Source of the DNA: Candidatus Heimdallarchaeota archaeon
Lineage (GTDB): Archaea > Asgardarchaeota > Heimdallarchaeia > Heimdallarchaeales > Heimdallarchaeaceae
Direction: 5' to 3'
Assembly: GCA_030668875.1 (NCBI GenBank)
Contig: DAOVER010000002.1
Coordinates: 1-32,000 of the forward strand
Length of the DNA stretch: 32,000 bases
The notes beneath the pieces were generated by a model that was given only the letters and a program-made list of their open reading frames with translations, was not told the DNA's origin and searched no databases. The translations under genes and the position numbers were made by a program. Shown here piece by piece: positions 6,972-17,250 of the stretch (positions within the stretch are counted from its first letter, which is position 1; each line of letters starts with the position of its first letter).

Positions 6972-7396
6972 TTAAAACACTTCATCTTAATTTTTTTCAA
7001 GTAAGCGTGCTTATCTACGTTCCGATATGCTAAAAGCTTGATAAGTTTTGCTTTAATTCAATGTTTAGTTTTGATTGGGATATTGAATCTATTACGGACT
7101 TCTTTTGAAAGTAATTAATTTTCAAATTATTCTATTCATTGAATTTTTTAATGTATTGTGAGGAAATAGTGTTAATAAATCTCTCGAGATATGTTTTCTC
7201 AGTTCTTTGATGTGATTTTATGAGATTTGTCAACTTCAAGAAAATGCTGATTAGATTATCTATTCTAACTCTTGTTTTGACTGACGTCTCGATTATTAAA
7301 ATGGCAATTTAAGAGAAGAAAGAAAACAAAAGAGCATCAAGAGAATAAGACAAACCACAATCAAGTGAAAAAAATAGAAATACTAGCTAATGACTT

Positions 7397-10324
7397 CTAC
7401 TTGTTAGGGATTGTTATTCTGAAATTCGTTAGTTTTTCTTTTGTATCTATTGAAATTTTCCATCCATGTCCTTCAACAATTTTCTTAACAATAGAAAGCC
7501 CTAATCCAGTACTACCTTTTTTAGTTGAATAACCTCTATCAAATACTTTACTGATGATTTTCTCGTCTATTAGCTTTCCATCATTACTAATTGAAAACAC
7601 TACTTTACCCTTGTTTTCTATTTTAGTGACACTTAATTTGTCTGGTTTCCCATGCAATATTGCATTTTCAAATAGATTTTTGAAAACTTGAGACAGTTTA
7701 CCATTGTCTCCTTTAATAGTTCCCAAGCTGTCTTTATTGAATTTAATTCTTTTTGGAATGATAACATCAGCTACTGTCTCAACTAGTCTATCCAAATCAA
7801 CTTCATCTTTTTTCTCTACTGTAGTTCCTGCTTCTGCTAGTTCAATAGAATGTTCTAATAGATTTCCTACATAATTTGTTCTTCGAAGAATTTTCTCAAA
7901 ATAAAGGTCTTCATACTTTTCCTTTAGTTGATCAACATACCCTTCAATTGCAGTTAAGCTATTTCGAATATCGTGACCCATGAAGTGGGCAAAATCACTT
8001 AATTCATCTTTTTGTTTGCTAATTTCATCTTCAACTTTTTTTCTTTTGGTTATATCAATTAAAGAAGCGAGAAAGTTTTTAGTTCCTGGGACACTTTTAA
8101 CAGTGAGAATAATATCTCTAATTCTTCCATCACTACTAATGAATCTGCTTTCATATTGAACAGGAACCTTTGAGGGGTCTTCTTTTCGTATTTCATTAAA
8201 ATCTATCATCATATCAAGTTCCGGCTTCGGTATAAATTCCAACCATTTTCTCTTTCCTTCGACATCTTCTTTCTTGAAACCTGAAATGCTTTCCATTCTT
8301 GAATTAAAGAGAAGTATTGTCCCCTCTTCATCAAAAAGTAGGTTTGCAGTTCCTGTTGTTTCAAATAGGATTCTATAGAGATTGTATGATTTTTGAAGTT
8401 CCTCTTCTCTTCTCTTTCTTTCTGAGATGTCTCTGACTAAAGAAAGCATGACTTTTTTTCCTCTGAAATCGAAAATGTGGGCACTTGCCTCAACTGGAAT
8501 GATCTTTCCTTCTTTTGTTTTATGTGAAGCCTCAAAAGTCATTTGTTTCTTCTTAACGACATCTCTAACGATTTCTGCTACTCTTTTTACACTTAATGAA
8601 GCAGGTAGTTCTGTAGGAGACATCTTTAGAAATTCTTCCTTTGTGTATCCCAGCATTTTTGTTGCATTATCATTTACTTCCAAAAAGTTTTCAGGCATTC
8701 CATTATTATCAATAGTGTAGAGATAAATAGCAGCATTTGCATTCTGGAAAATATATCTGAATTTTTCTTCGCTTTCCTTCAGTTTCTTTTCAGCTTCACT
8801 TTGTTTTGTAATATCTCTGGCAACTGTTAAGATGGTTTTTCTCCCCCCTATAGTTAAGTTATGAGAGTTAAATTCAACGATTCGAGAATTACCATCCTTG
8901 TTTACTATAGTACTTTCAAAAGTTATTTTTCCTGTTTTTCTGAAAATTTTACCAATATTTTTATTTTTCGAGAACAATCCTTCCTTATCTAAATCATAAG
9001 GAGTCATTTCTAGTAATTCTTTCCTAGAATACCCTGTCCATTCGCATACTATATCATTTACTTCAATGAATTTACCTAGTTTATTATTTTTATCTAAATA
9101 ATGGATAAACATACCATCTTGTGTGCTGTTAAATATTTGTCTAAATTTTTCTTCATTTTCTCTAAGTTCTTTTTCTGCCTCTATTCGCTTAGTAATATCT
9201 CTACTTTTAGACATTATAATTTGCTTATTACCTAGATTTACTAGATGCACGCTAAGTTCCTGGTGGTAAGGAGTACCATCTTTTCTTTTTGCTAGTGTCT
9301 CACAAGTAATGTATTTCTCTTCTATGATATTTTTCAAAATATTTTCCGCAAATTCTGGATCATCATACGTTTCAAAATCTAAAACGTTTTTACCTACCAT
9401 CTCCGATCTTTCATATCCGTACCTTTCTAAACTACTTTTGTTCACATCAATAATCGTTCCATCAGTTTCTACAATTGAAATACCATCAAATGAATTTTCA
9501 AAAATCAACCTGAATTTTTCTTCACTTTCTTTTAGTTCTTTTTCCGCTTCTTTTTGTTCAGAAATATCAATTCCTATCCCTCCAATCCAAGAAGCCTTTC
9601 CCTTCAAATTGATAGGAAATTTGATTGTGTTAAAAGGGTGTCCAAATCTTTGTTTATCTGCTCGAGTTTCTGTTGTAACAGTTATTCCCTCTTCTCTTAT
9701 TTTTTTGTCTTCTTCTTCTATAGTTCTAGCTAATTCTGAAGGTAATAACTCACCTACTGTTTGACCCAGTGAATCTCTAATTCCAGTTTTCTCTTTCATA
9801 TATTTATTAACAAACCACATTTTTCCCTTGTCATCTTTTATGTAAGCTATAGCTGGCAAATTGTCCATAAAGTGAGAAAATCTTTCTTCACTGTCTCGAA
9901 GAGCTTCTTCAGCTCGTTTACGTTTTACAACATTTTTGATGTCATTAATCAATTCTGTAAACTGACTTTTAGCATCTCCACCCTTTCTTAAGTATGAATC
10001 TGCTCCTAGATTAAGAGCTCTAATAACAACTTCTTCTCTGCTTCGACCAGTAAAAATAATAAAAGGAATATCAATATTTTTTTCCTTAATGCTCTTTAAT
10101 AAATCCAAACCATCCATTGAAGGCATTAGAAAATCACATACAATGGCATCATACTTCTTCCTCTGTAAAGTTTCGATAGCTTGAGTAGGATCAGATAGTG
10201 GGTCTATTTGAATCTCTCCGTTGGTGATGTTTTCAACAAAATCTTTGCTTAAAGTAAGAAAATCAACTTCATCATCAATATGCAAGACTTGAACTGTTCT
10301 ATTATTTTTATGGCTTTTAATCAT
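7397..10324 (-). CDS. Hybrid sensor histidine kinase: REC + 5 PAS + HisKA + HATPase_c
   Basis: VLHIDDE...VCDFLMP receiver; five SEE(K/R)F / NLY PAS starts; H-box AHFMGHDIRNSL; N box FKNLFENA; G2 box GSTGLGLSIV. ATG 10324 preferred over 10381. Confidence 0.93.
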   Translation of the reverse strand: MIKSHKNNRTVQVLHIDDEVDFLTLSKDFVENITNGEIQIDPLSDPTQAIETLQRKKYDAIVCDFLMPSMDGLDLLKSIKEKNIDIPFIIFTGRSREEVVIRALNLGADSYLRKGGDAKSQFTELINDIKNVVKRKRAEEALRDSEERFSHFMDNLPAIAYIKDDKGKMWFVNKYMKEKTGIRDSLGQTVGELLPSELARTIEEEDKKIREEGITVTTETRADKQRFGHPFNTIKFPINLKGKASWIGGIGIDISEQKEAEKELKESEEKFRLIFENSFDGISIVETDGTIIDVNKSSLERYGYERSEMVGKNVLDFETYDDPEFAENILKNIIEEKYITCETLAKRKDGTPYHQELSVHLVNLGNKQIIMSKSRDITKRIEAEKELRENEEKFRQIFNSTQDGMFIHYLDKNNKLGKFIEVNDIVCEWTGYSRKELLEMTPYDLDKEGLFSKNKNIGKIFRKTGKITFESTIVNKDGNSRIVEFNSHNLTIGGRKTILTVARDITKQSEAEKKLKESEEKFRYIFQNANAAIYLYTIDNNGMPENFLEVNDNATKMLGYTKEEFLKMSPTELPASLSVKRVAEIVRDVVKKKQMTFEASHKTKEGKIIPVEASAHIFDFRGKKVMLSLVRDISERKRREEELQKSYNLYRILFETTGTANLLFDEEGTILLFNSRMESISGFKKEDVEGKRKWLEFIPKPELDMMIDFNEIRKEDPSKVPVQYESRFISSDGRIRDIILTVKSVPGTKNFLASLIDITKRKKVEDEISKQKDELSDFAHFMGHDIRNSLTAIEGYVDQLKEKYEDLYFEKILRRTNYVGNLLEHSIELAEAGTTVEKKDEVDLDRLVETVADVIIPKRIKFNKDSLGTIKGDNGKLSQVFKNLFENAILHGKPDKLSVTKIENKGKVVFSISNDGKLIDEKIISKVFDRGYSTKKGSTGLGLSIVKKIVEGHGWKISIDTKEKLTNFRITIPNK

Positions 10325-10444
10325 TTTTCCTGCGTCTGGATTATCCAAAGAAAAAACCTCATATATACTTATGAAAAACATGTATAAAATTCTTCGTTCT
10401 GTTCCATGAGCTAAACATTAAATAATAAGTTTTAAAATCGAATT

Positions 10445-10762
10445 TTGTATAAGAGAGGATATATTTTGCATCTAAAAGACAAAGTTGGCAAGAAAATTAC
10501 ATTAAGGGGGAAAATTTCAGATGTCCCTTGGCAGCACATGATAGAGGATGTAGAAAACTACAATCACATCTATTATTTTGATTTAGAAGGTGGGAATCAA
10601 ATAGTAATCTATTCGAAAGCAGAGATACAATGCGCTAGTTCTCTTTCAGTTACTAGAAAAGTAATAGAAGTAAGAGGGAAATCAAAACGGCCAGGTAAGA
10701 TAGATGATATTACTTATGTAGAATTCCACATTATCGTCGACGACTGGACTTGTTTAGACTAA
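10445..10762 (+). CDS. Hypothetical protein, OB-fold-like
   Basis: GKKITLRGKIS...IEVRGK...IIVDDW beta pattern; 105 aa. Confidence 0.7.
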   Translation: MYKRGYILHLKDKVGKKITLRGKISDVPWQHMIEDVENYNHIYYFDLEGGNQIVIYSKAEIQCASSLSVTRKVIEVRGKSKRPGKIDDITYVEFHIIVDDWTCLD

Positions 10763-10833
10763 ACTACTTGAGATTGGAAATATTGATTAATTCGAAATTA
10801 CAATGATATCTAGGGATAATTCAAAATTATAAA

Positions 10834-11700
10834 ATGCGAAGATGTTGTGATAAAATGCTTGATGAGGATGATATGAAGTGTCTTTTGGAAAGTCTGATGA
10901 ATAAAGATCCTCATGTTCGTGTTTTTACTATAAATTCAATAGTCGATAACAGTAAAAGAGAAACTGCTGTTAATGCTGTCATCGACGCTCTTTTAGATGA
11001 CACTGGTGAAGTTCGGGCTAGGGCTGCTTGGGCCTTAGGTAAAATCCAAAGCAAAAAAGCAATAGAATCTCTAGTCCAATCACTAAATGACGATAATTAT
11101 AATGTTAGAAAAAATGGTCTAAGATCATTAGGAGAACTTGTTGCAATAGATTCAATCCAAGATATTGTAATAAAATTAGAAGATAGCCATTGGGAGGTAA
11201 GAAATGAAGCAGCTGTTGTTCTTGATTATTTAGGATGGGTATCAAGCAACGATAAGGAAACAGCTTACCACCTCATAGCAAAAGGAAGGTGGGAAAACGT
11301 GCTTCAAATTGAAAACTTACATGTTGAATTGTTGTTTTCCTTTTTAGGTGATGAAAATAGTGAAGTACAAGGGCATATAGCATGGATTCTAGGCGAAAAA
11401 AGGAAATCTCAAGCAGTTCAACCTCTCTATGATCTTTTTATGACAGCAAAACTTCATGATGTGAAAGAAAAGGCTTCAGCAGCTATAAGTAAAATAGGTG
11501 GAAAAGACGCTGTAGAATTATTACAAGTTGCTTTACATGACCAAAATTGGTTCATTAGAAAATGCGCTGCAACCTCTCTAGGTTTGATAGAAGACAAATC
11601 AGCTATAGAATCCCTTAAATTACTTATAAATGATCCTAACAGATTTGTAAGTCAAAGTGCTCTAGAAGCATTAAAACGAATCGATGATAAAAATAGTTGA
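10834..11700 (+). CDS. HEAT-repeat (PBS lyase-like) protein
   Basis: Repeated L.D....VR..AA.ALG motifs. Confidence 0.9.
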   Translation: MRRCCDKMLDEDDMKCLLESLMNKDPHVRVFTINSIVDNSKRETAVNAVIDALLDDTGEVRARAAWALGKIQSKKAIESLVQSLNDDNYNVRKNGLRSLGELVAIDSIQDIVIKLEDSHWEVRNEAAVVLDYLGWVSSNDKETAYHLIAKGRWENVLQIENLHVELLFSFLGDENSEVQGHIAWILGEKRKSQAVQPLYDLFMTAKLHDVKEKASAAISKIGGKDAVELLQVALHDQNWFIRKCAATSLGLIEDKSAIESLKLLINDPNRFVSQSALEALKRIDDKNS

Positions 11701-11790
11701 ATTTATCCACACCTTTAGAGAGATATATTTAAAATAATTACATACTTTTTAAGAATAGATAGAAGAAAATAGCATAATCAGTAGAACCTC

Positions 11791-13089
11791 TTGGAGGAAA
11801 ACATTATGGAAGATATACGCAAAAAACTAACAATTTCTCAAGAAAACTTGGACTCTGTTCAGAAGTTCTTCATGGATGAAAACAATCCCTTCATCACTGA
11901 TCTAATTCAAGTTATTGAGAAACATGGTGGAGTAGAAGAAATTAACAAGAAGTATACAGAATCCAGAAAACCAGAAAATATTTACAAAAAACTGGAAAAA
12001 ATCAAACCTGAATACATAGACGATTTGGATTGGCTGATTAAACAGCGAGATACTGATGCGTTTATCAGTGAAAGTGAATATAGAAGAAAGATTCTGGGAA
12101 ATGCTGTCGATCAAATGAGTTTTGATGATTCATATGCAGTTACACTAGAACTATCTGCATGTCAATATTTTCCGTTTCTAATTAAAGGCGCAGAAGAAAT
12201 GATCAAAAAGAAAGATTTGATGCCAGGTAGGATAATTCGTGTTCGAGCAATGAAAGAACAAGAAAAAGATGGTGATTTGTTAGCAATGACAGCAGCAGTC
12301 GATATTATTGGTGCATCAAGAGTAGAGACTCTCGATACTAAAGGAACTTCTCCTGGACCTGATGGAATGCCAGTGAATATTCATCTTGGAGGACCAGCAA
12401 CAATAACTGGTTACTTTGGAGGTGTAGGGCAACCCAATGATTTTGCTCTAAAGTGGGTGGATGAATTCCTCTATTATTACACAAATTATGGAGTGAAAAG
12501 TGTTCTAAACATCAACCCTGGAACAGTAATTTTGGGTTATTTGATGTATAAGCTTGGAATAAATAACGAATTCAAAATTTCTGTTTATATGGGTAATGAT
12601 AATCCTTACTCTGTGCTTTGGACATTGATGACTGCCAAACTGTTCTCCAGAGCTGATGGAACTAGCCCTCTTATTGGATTTAATCTATCTAATGCAGTTG
12701 ATAATTGGACAATCGAAATGAGCTCACATGTTCGTAAGAATTTTGGTTTTGAGGATGTTGTTCGTCTAGAACATCATATTATTGAAACATGGAAATCAAT
12801 AGTTCGTCAACCATATGATAGAACACAAGAGCTTCTAGAGCTTGCTAAGAAAGTTAAAAACATTAGTGCGAAACATGAGGGCGGTCCTGTAGATATAGAT
12901 CCAACTCGTGAACACCCTTCAGATATTCTTGATTATTTCCTTTCAAAGGAACAGATTACTGAACAAGGAATCTGGGATGGTCTTATGCAGAATTACTACG
13001 ACAGGCAAACCTCAATCAATAATACAGCCAAAGCTCTTACTGAAAATGGTATTGCTTTTATTGCAGCTAGAAAACTTCATCATAAGTAA
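11791..13089 (+). CDS. Conserved protein of unknown function (432 aa, enzyme-like)
   Basis: Long globular ORF with glycine-rich motifs (HLGGPATITGYFGG, SAKHEGG); first gene of a metabolic cluster. Confidence 0.85.
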   Translation: MEENIMEDIRKKLTISQENLDSVQKFFMDENNPFITDLIQVIEKHGGVEEINKKYTESRKPENIYKKLEKIKPEYIDDLDWLIKQRDTDAFISESEYRRKILGNAVDQMSFDDSYAVTLELSACQYFPFLIKGAEEMIKKKDLMPGRIIRVRAMKEQEKDGDLLAMTAAVDIIGASRVETLDTKGTSPGPDGMPVNIHLGGPATITGYFGGVGQPNDFALKWVDEFLYYYTNYGVKSVLNINPGTVILGYLMYKLGINNEFKISVYMGNDNPYSVLWTLMTAKLFSRADGTSPLIGFNLSNAVDNWTIEMSSHVRKNFGFEDVVRLEHHIIETWKSIVRQPYDRTQELLELAKKVKNISAKHEGGPVDIDPTREHPSDILDYFLSKEQITEQGIWDGLMQNYYDRQTSINNTAKALTENGIAFIAARKLHHK

Positions 13090-13104
13090 AATCAGGTGAA
13101 ATGA

Positions 13105-14265
13105 ATGAAAGAAATTGCTACAGGAATGCATAAGATACTTGGTGAAGGAGCATTTGAGTACCTTGCAAAAGCTCAAGCTGAAGAACGGAAAGGAAAAAAT
13201 GTTCTTCACTTTGAAATAGGTCAACCTGATTTTCCTACACCCGAGCACATAAAACAAACAGCTTATGAGGAGATTAAAGGAAATTATACCGGCTATGTTT
13301 CTGCAACGGGTATTTTTGAATTAAAACAAGCAATCCAAGATGAAATCGAACAAACTAGAGGATATCGTCCAAGTATTGAACAAATTCTAGTACTTCCAGG
13401 GGCAAAACCTGGAATTTTCTTCACCATGTTAGGTCTTGTAAGTCCAGGTGATGAAGTGATGTATCCCGATCCTGGTTTCCCTACCTATGGTTCTGTAACA
13501 AAATATCTTCAGGCAGTTGATGTTCCAATAGCCCTAAAAGAAAAGAATCAATTCAAGCTAGATCCCGCAGATGTTGAAAATAGAATAACACCCAAAACTA
13601 AGCTAATTATATTGAATAGTCCTCAAAACCCAACAGGTTCTGTAATGACCAAAAATAAGCTCTATCAAATAGCTGAATTAGCTGAGAAACACGACATCTA
13701 TATTCTTGCAGATGAAATATATTCAAAAATGCTATATGAAGCAGATTTTCACTCAGCAACAGTTCTAGATGAAGCGAAGAAAAGAACATTTTTACTAGAT
13801 GGATTCTCAAAATCCTATTCTATGACAGGCTGGAGACTAGGCTACTTAGTTGGACCAGAAACATTAATCGAAAAGATGGGGCTAATTATGATAAACGCTT
13901 TATCTTGCACTACTTCATTCGTTCAAAAAGCTGGGATAACTGCTTTGAAGGGTGATCAAAAACCATTGAAGAAAATGATGGAAGCTTTTAAAGAGAGAAG
14001 AGATGCAATAGTTAAAGGATTGAATGAGATTACTGGTTTTTCGTGTTTAACTCCTCAAGGAGCATTTTATGCTTTCCCAAACATAATAGATACAGGAATG
14101 AATTCAAAAGAAATAGCTGATCATATACTCTACAAAGCTGGTGTTTGTTGTCTTCCTGGCTCAGCTTTTGGACCATATGGGGAAGGTTATCTAAGATTTA
14201 GCTATGCTACTTCAGTTGAAAACATCCTACAAGCTATGAAACAGATCAAGGAATCCTTTGATTAG
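13105..14265 (+). CDS. PLP-dependent aminotransferase class I/II (aspartate aminotransferase-like)
   Basis: GQPDF, NSPQNPTG, DEIY, GFSKSYSMTGWRLGY (PLP Lys), GAFY motifs. Confidence 0.93.
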   Translation: MKEIATGMHKILGEGAFEYLAKAQAEERKGKNVLHFEIGQPDFPTPEHIKQTAYEEIKGNYTGYVSATGIFELKQAIQDEIEQTRGYRPSIEQILVLPGAKPGIFFTMLGLVSPGDEVMYPDPGFPTYGSVTKYLQAVDVPIALKEKNQFKLDPADVENRITPKTKLIILNSPQNPTGSVMTKNKLYQIAELAEKHDIYILADEIYSKMLYEADFHSATVLDEAKKRTFLLDGFSKSYSMTGWRLGYLVGPETLIEKMGLIMINALSCTTSFVQKAGITALKGDQKPLKKMMEAFKERRDAIVKGLNEITGFSCLTPQGAFYAFPNIIDTGMNSKEIADHILYKAGVCCLPGSAFGPYGEGYLRFSYATSVENILQAMKQIKESFD

Positions 14266-14401
14266 CTTAACACAAAACATCGAATTTATTCTCGATTTTT
14301 TTCTTTTTTACATCTAATTTTTTGTGTAAACAATCTCTTCTTGACAGCAAACTTATAAGTTGTGTTTCTAGAAGTTGGACGACAATAAAAATAGAGGTTA
14401 A

Positions 14402-15442
14402 ATGATGGAATTTAGAATTGCATTTATTGGGTTTGGCGTTGTTGGACAAGGATTTGCAGAGATACTTGTTGAACAAGAACAAGTACTGAAAGAGCGATAT
14501 GATTTCGACTTCAAGGTAGTAGCTATTTCAGATACTATGAAAGGTTCAGTCTTTGATGCTCAAGGATTAGACCTAAGCAAATTGCTTTCCTTAGTTAAGG
14601 AAACAGGGAAGATTGAAGATTATCCTGAAGGCATAAAAGGATGGGATTCTTTAAAGACGATTACTGATTCTACTGCGAATTTGATATTGGAAGTAGCATG
14701 GACTGATTTGAAAACAGGTGAGCCTGCAATTACCCATGTCAGAACCGCATTAAAAAATAAGAAACACGTTGTCCTTACCAACAAAGGTCCTATAGCTTTG
14801 ATTGTCCGAGAATTATTGGCATTAGCTAAAGAAAACGATGTTGAAATGAGATATGAAGGGACAGTGCTAAGTGGTACTCCCGCACTTAATTTAGGTCTGT
14901 ACAATCTTGCTGGATCTGGAATAACTAAAGCTAAAGGTATAGTCAATGGTACAACTAATTATATCTTAACTGAGATGGAGAAAGGATTGGATTATGAATC
15001 TGCCTTAAAACAAGCACAAGAATTAGGATATGCAGAAGCTGATCCTACAGCTGATGTTGAAGGTTATGACGCTCTAGGAAAAATTGTTATACTTGCTAAT
15101 ACTGTTATGGGAGCTAATCTAAGCAAAGATGAACCATCCTGTGAAGGTATAACAAAAATTACAGCTGAAGACATAACAAAAGCAAAGGCTGAAGGTTTCA
15201 GATGGAAATTAATTGCTGGCGCTGAAATCAAAGAGGATGGTTCGGTTGAAGCATATGTGCGTCCAGAAAAAATCCCTCTTAATCACCCCTTAGCTAATAT
15301 CATGGGTCCAACCAACGCCTTAACTTATACTACAAAATATCTAGGTGACGTTACAATAGTTGGACCTGGTGCTGGACGAGTTCCAACTGGTTATGCACTA
15401 TTGACAGATATTTTGGATATCAACAGAATAGTAAAGGAATAA
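14402..15442 (+). CDS. hom: Homoserine dehydrogenase
   Basis: GFGVVGQG Rossmann motif, VVLTNKGP, YEGTVLSGTP, GIVNGTTNYIL, AQELGYAEADPTADVEG.D...K. Confidence 0.93.
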   Translation: MMEFRIAFIGFGVVGQGFAEILVEQEQVLKERYDFDFKVVAISDTMKGSVFDAQGLDLSKLLSLVKETGKIEDYPEGIKGWDSLKTITDSTANLILEVAWTDLKTGEPAITHVRTALKNKKHVVLTNKGPIALIVRELLALAKENDVEMRYEGTVLSGTPALNLGLYNLAGSGITKAKGIVNGTTNYILTEMEKGLDYESALKQAQELGYAEADPTADVEGYDALGKIVILANTVMGANLSKDEPSCEGITKITAEDITKAKAEGFRWKLIAGAEIKEDGSVEAYVRPEKIPLNHPLANIMGPTNALTYTTKYLGDVTIVGPGAGRVPTGYALLTDILDINRIVKE

Positions 15443-15462
15443 ATTCTTCGGAGAGGAATATT

Positions 15463-17250
15463 ATGGGATATATGCATAAATATCTGGATGTAGATTTATC
15501 TAACCAGAAAATATATGAAAAGAAACTTGACCCTGTACTAGCAGAGAAATACATTGGGGGTAAAGGTCTAGGGGCTAAGATATTATATGATAACTTAAAA
15601 ACTGGTATCGATCCATTAGGACCAGAAAACATCATTCTTTTCATGACTGGGCCACTAACTGGCACATCAGTTGTTACATCAGGAAGATGGTGTATAGTAA
15701 CTAAATCTCCTCATACAGGGATATATCTAGATAGCCAGATTGGCGGAAAATTCGGTCATCGATTGAAAAGAGCTGGCTATGATTATATCTTAGTAAGGGG
15801 TAAATCTGATTCTCCTTGCTATTTACATGTATCTTCAGATGGTTATGAAATAATCTCGGCTTCTGAATTGTGGGGTAAAGGAACCTTTGAAACAGAAGAA
15901 ATTCTCAAACAAAAACATCCAAAAGCTGAAGTTGCTTCAATTGGACCTGCTGGAGAAAATCTAGTAACTTTTGCTAACATCATGACAGACAAATCTCATA
16001 TGGCTGGAAGAGGTGGAGCAGGAGCAGTGATGGGATCTAAAAATCTCAAAGCTGTAGTTGCTGGAGGTACATTGAAAATTGATTCAGCAAATGACAGTTT
16101 CAAAGAACTAACAAAAACCTTCAAAAGCAAAGTGCAAAACGATCCTGGTGTCCAAAATCGTCACAGAATTGGAACAATGATGTGGGTTAACATGGCAAAT
16201 CAAGCAGGTTTTCTGCCAACAAGAAATTACCAATCTGGTGTTTTTGAATCAGCTGAGAAAATCTCCGGAGAAAAAATGATAGAGGAAAACACTTACGCAC
16301 ACAGAGCATGTTATAATTGCTTAATAGCTTGCGGCAAAGCAAACAAGTTTGATAAAGGTAAATATGCTGGTTTAGATGTTGAAGGGCCAGAGTATGAAAC
16401 AACTGCATTATTAGGGTCAAACTGTGGAATTACAGATTTAGCAGCTGTGGCAAAATCAAGTCAACTCTGTGATGATTTGGGAATTGATACAATTACTTCT
16501 GGAGCAACAATCAGTTTTGCAATGGAGTGTATTGAAAAGAAAATTCTGAAACAAGATAGTGTAGAGAACCTTGTATTTGGCAACGATGAAGCAGTCCTAC
16601 AGATGTTACAATTAATTGCTCACAAAGAAGGAATAGGGGTACTTTTCTCTAAAGGATCAAAAGCTGCAGCTGAAAAACTTGGCAATGACTCAAGTGATTT
16701 TGCTATACAAGTTAAAGGACTAGAACTAGCTGGTGTCGAACCAAGGGGTTCTTTTGGTATGGCATTAGCATATTCTACAGCTGATAGAGGTGCATGCCAC
16801 CAAAGGTGTTGGACACCTTCCGCAGAACTGAGAGGAGACCTCAAACGTTTCTCAATGGAAGGAGTTCCTAAATTTGTCAAAGAATCTCAAGATGAAAGAG
16901 CAGCATGTTTCTCTCTTGTTGTCTGTGATTTCCTACCTTTTGATGTCCCCGAGATGGTGGAAATGCTAAATGCTGCTACTGGTTTTTTATATACTCCTGA
17001 AAGTTATATAACAACTGGAGAAAGAATCTGGAATACTACTCGAATGTTCAGTGTTCGTGAAGGTATAACAGCATTAGATGATGTCCTTCCAAAAAGATTC
17101 TCAAAGGAAGCAATGCCAGAAGGTCCTGCAAAAGGTCAAGTTGTATCTGAAGAAGTTCTTGAACAAGCAAAAGCTGAATATTATAATTTAAGAGGATGGG
17201 ATTCCAATGGGATCCCTAGAAATGAAACTTTACAAAGGTTAAGGATTTAA
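15463..17250 (+). CDS. aor: Aldehyde:ferredoxin oxidoreductase (tungstopterin family)
   Basis: GGKGLG, SIGPAGE, GRGGAGAVMGSKNLKA, CDDLGIDTI, RGACH, YYNLRGWD motifs. Confidence 0.93.
   Translation: MGYMHKYLDVDLSNQKIYEKKLDPVLAEKYIGGKGLGAKILYDNLKTGIDPLGPENIILFMTGPLTGTSVVTSGRWCIVTKSPHTGIYLDSQIGGKFGHRLKRAGYDYILVRGKSDSPCYLHVSSDGYEIISASELWGKGTFETEEILKQKHPKAEVASIGPAGENLVTFANIMTDKSHMAGRGGAGAVMGSKNLKAVVAGGTLKIDSANDSFKELTKTFKSKVQNDPGVQNRHRIGTMMWVNMANQAGFLPTRNYQSGVFESAEKISGEKMIEENTYAHRACYNCLIACGKANKFDKGKYAGLDVEGPEYETTALLGSNCGITDLAAVAKSSQLCDDLGIDTITSGATISFAMECIEKKILKQDSVENLVFGNDEAVLQMLQLIAHKEGIGVLFSKGSKAAAEKLGNDSSDFAIQVKGLELAGVEPRGSFGMALAYSTADRGACHQRCWTPSAELRGDLKRFSMEGVPKFVKESQDERAACFSLVVCDFLPFDVPEMVEMLNAATGFLYTPESYITTGERIWNTTRMFSVREGITALDDVLPKRFSKEAMPEGPAKGQVVSEEVLEQAKAEYYNLRGWDSNGIPRNETLQRLRI

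Noticed and set aside
8427-9764. + strand ORFs (97 and 151 aa) inside the kinase
   Set aside because: Antisense shadows of a well-supported gene; the same applies to similar short antisense ORFs in hom, aor, the AT3 and MFS genes, tldD/pmbA and the surface protein.
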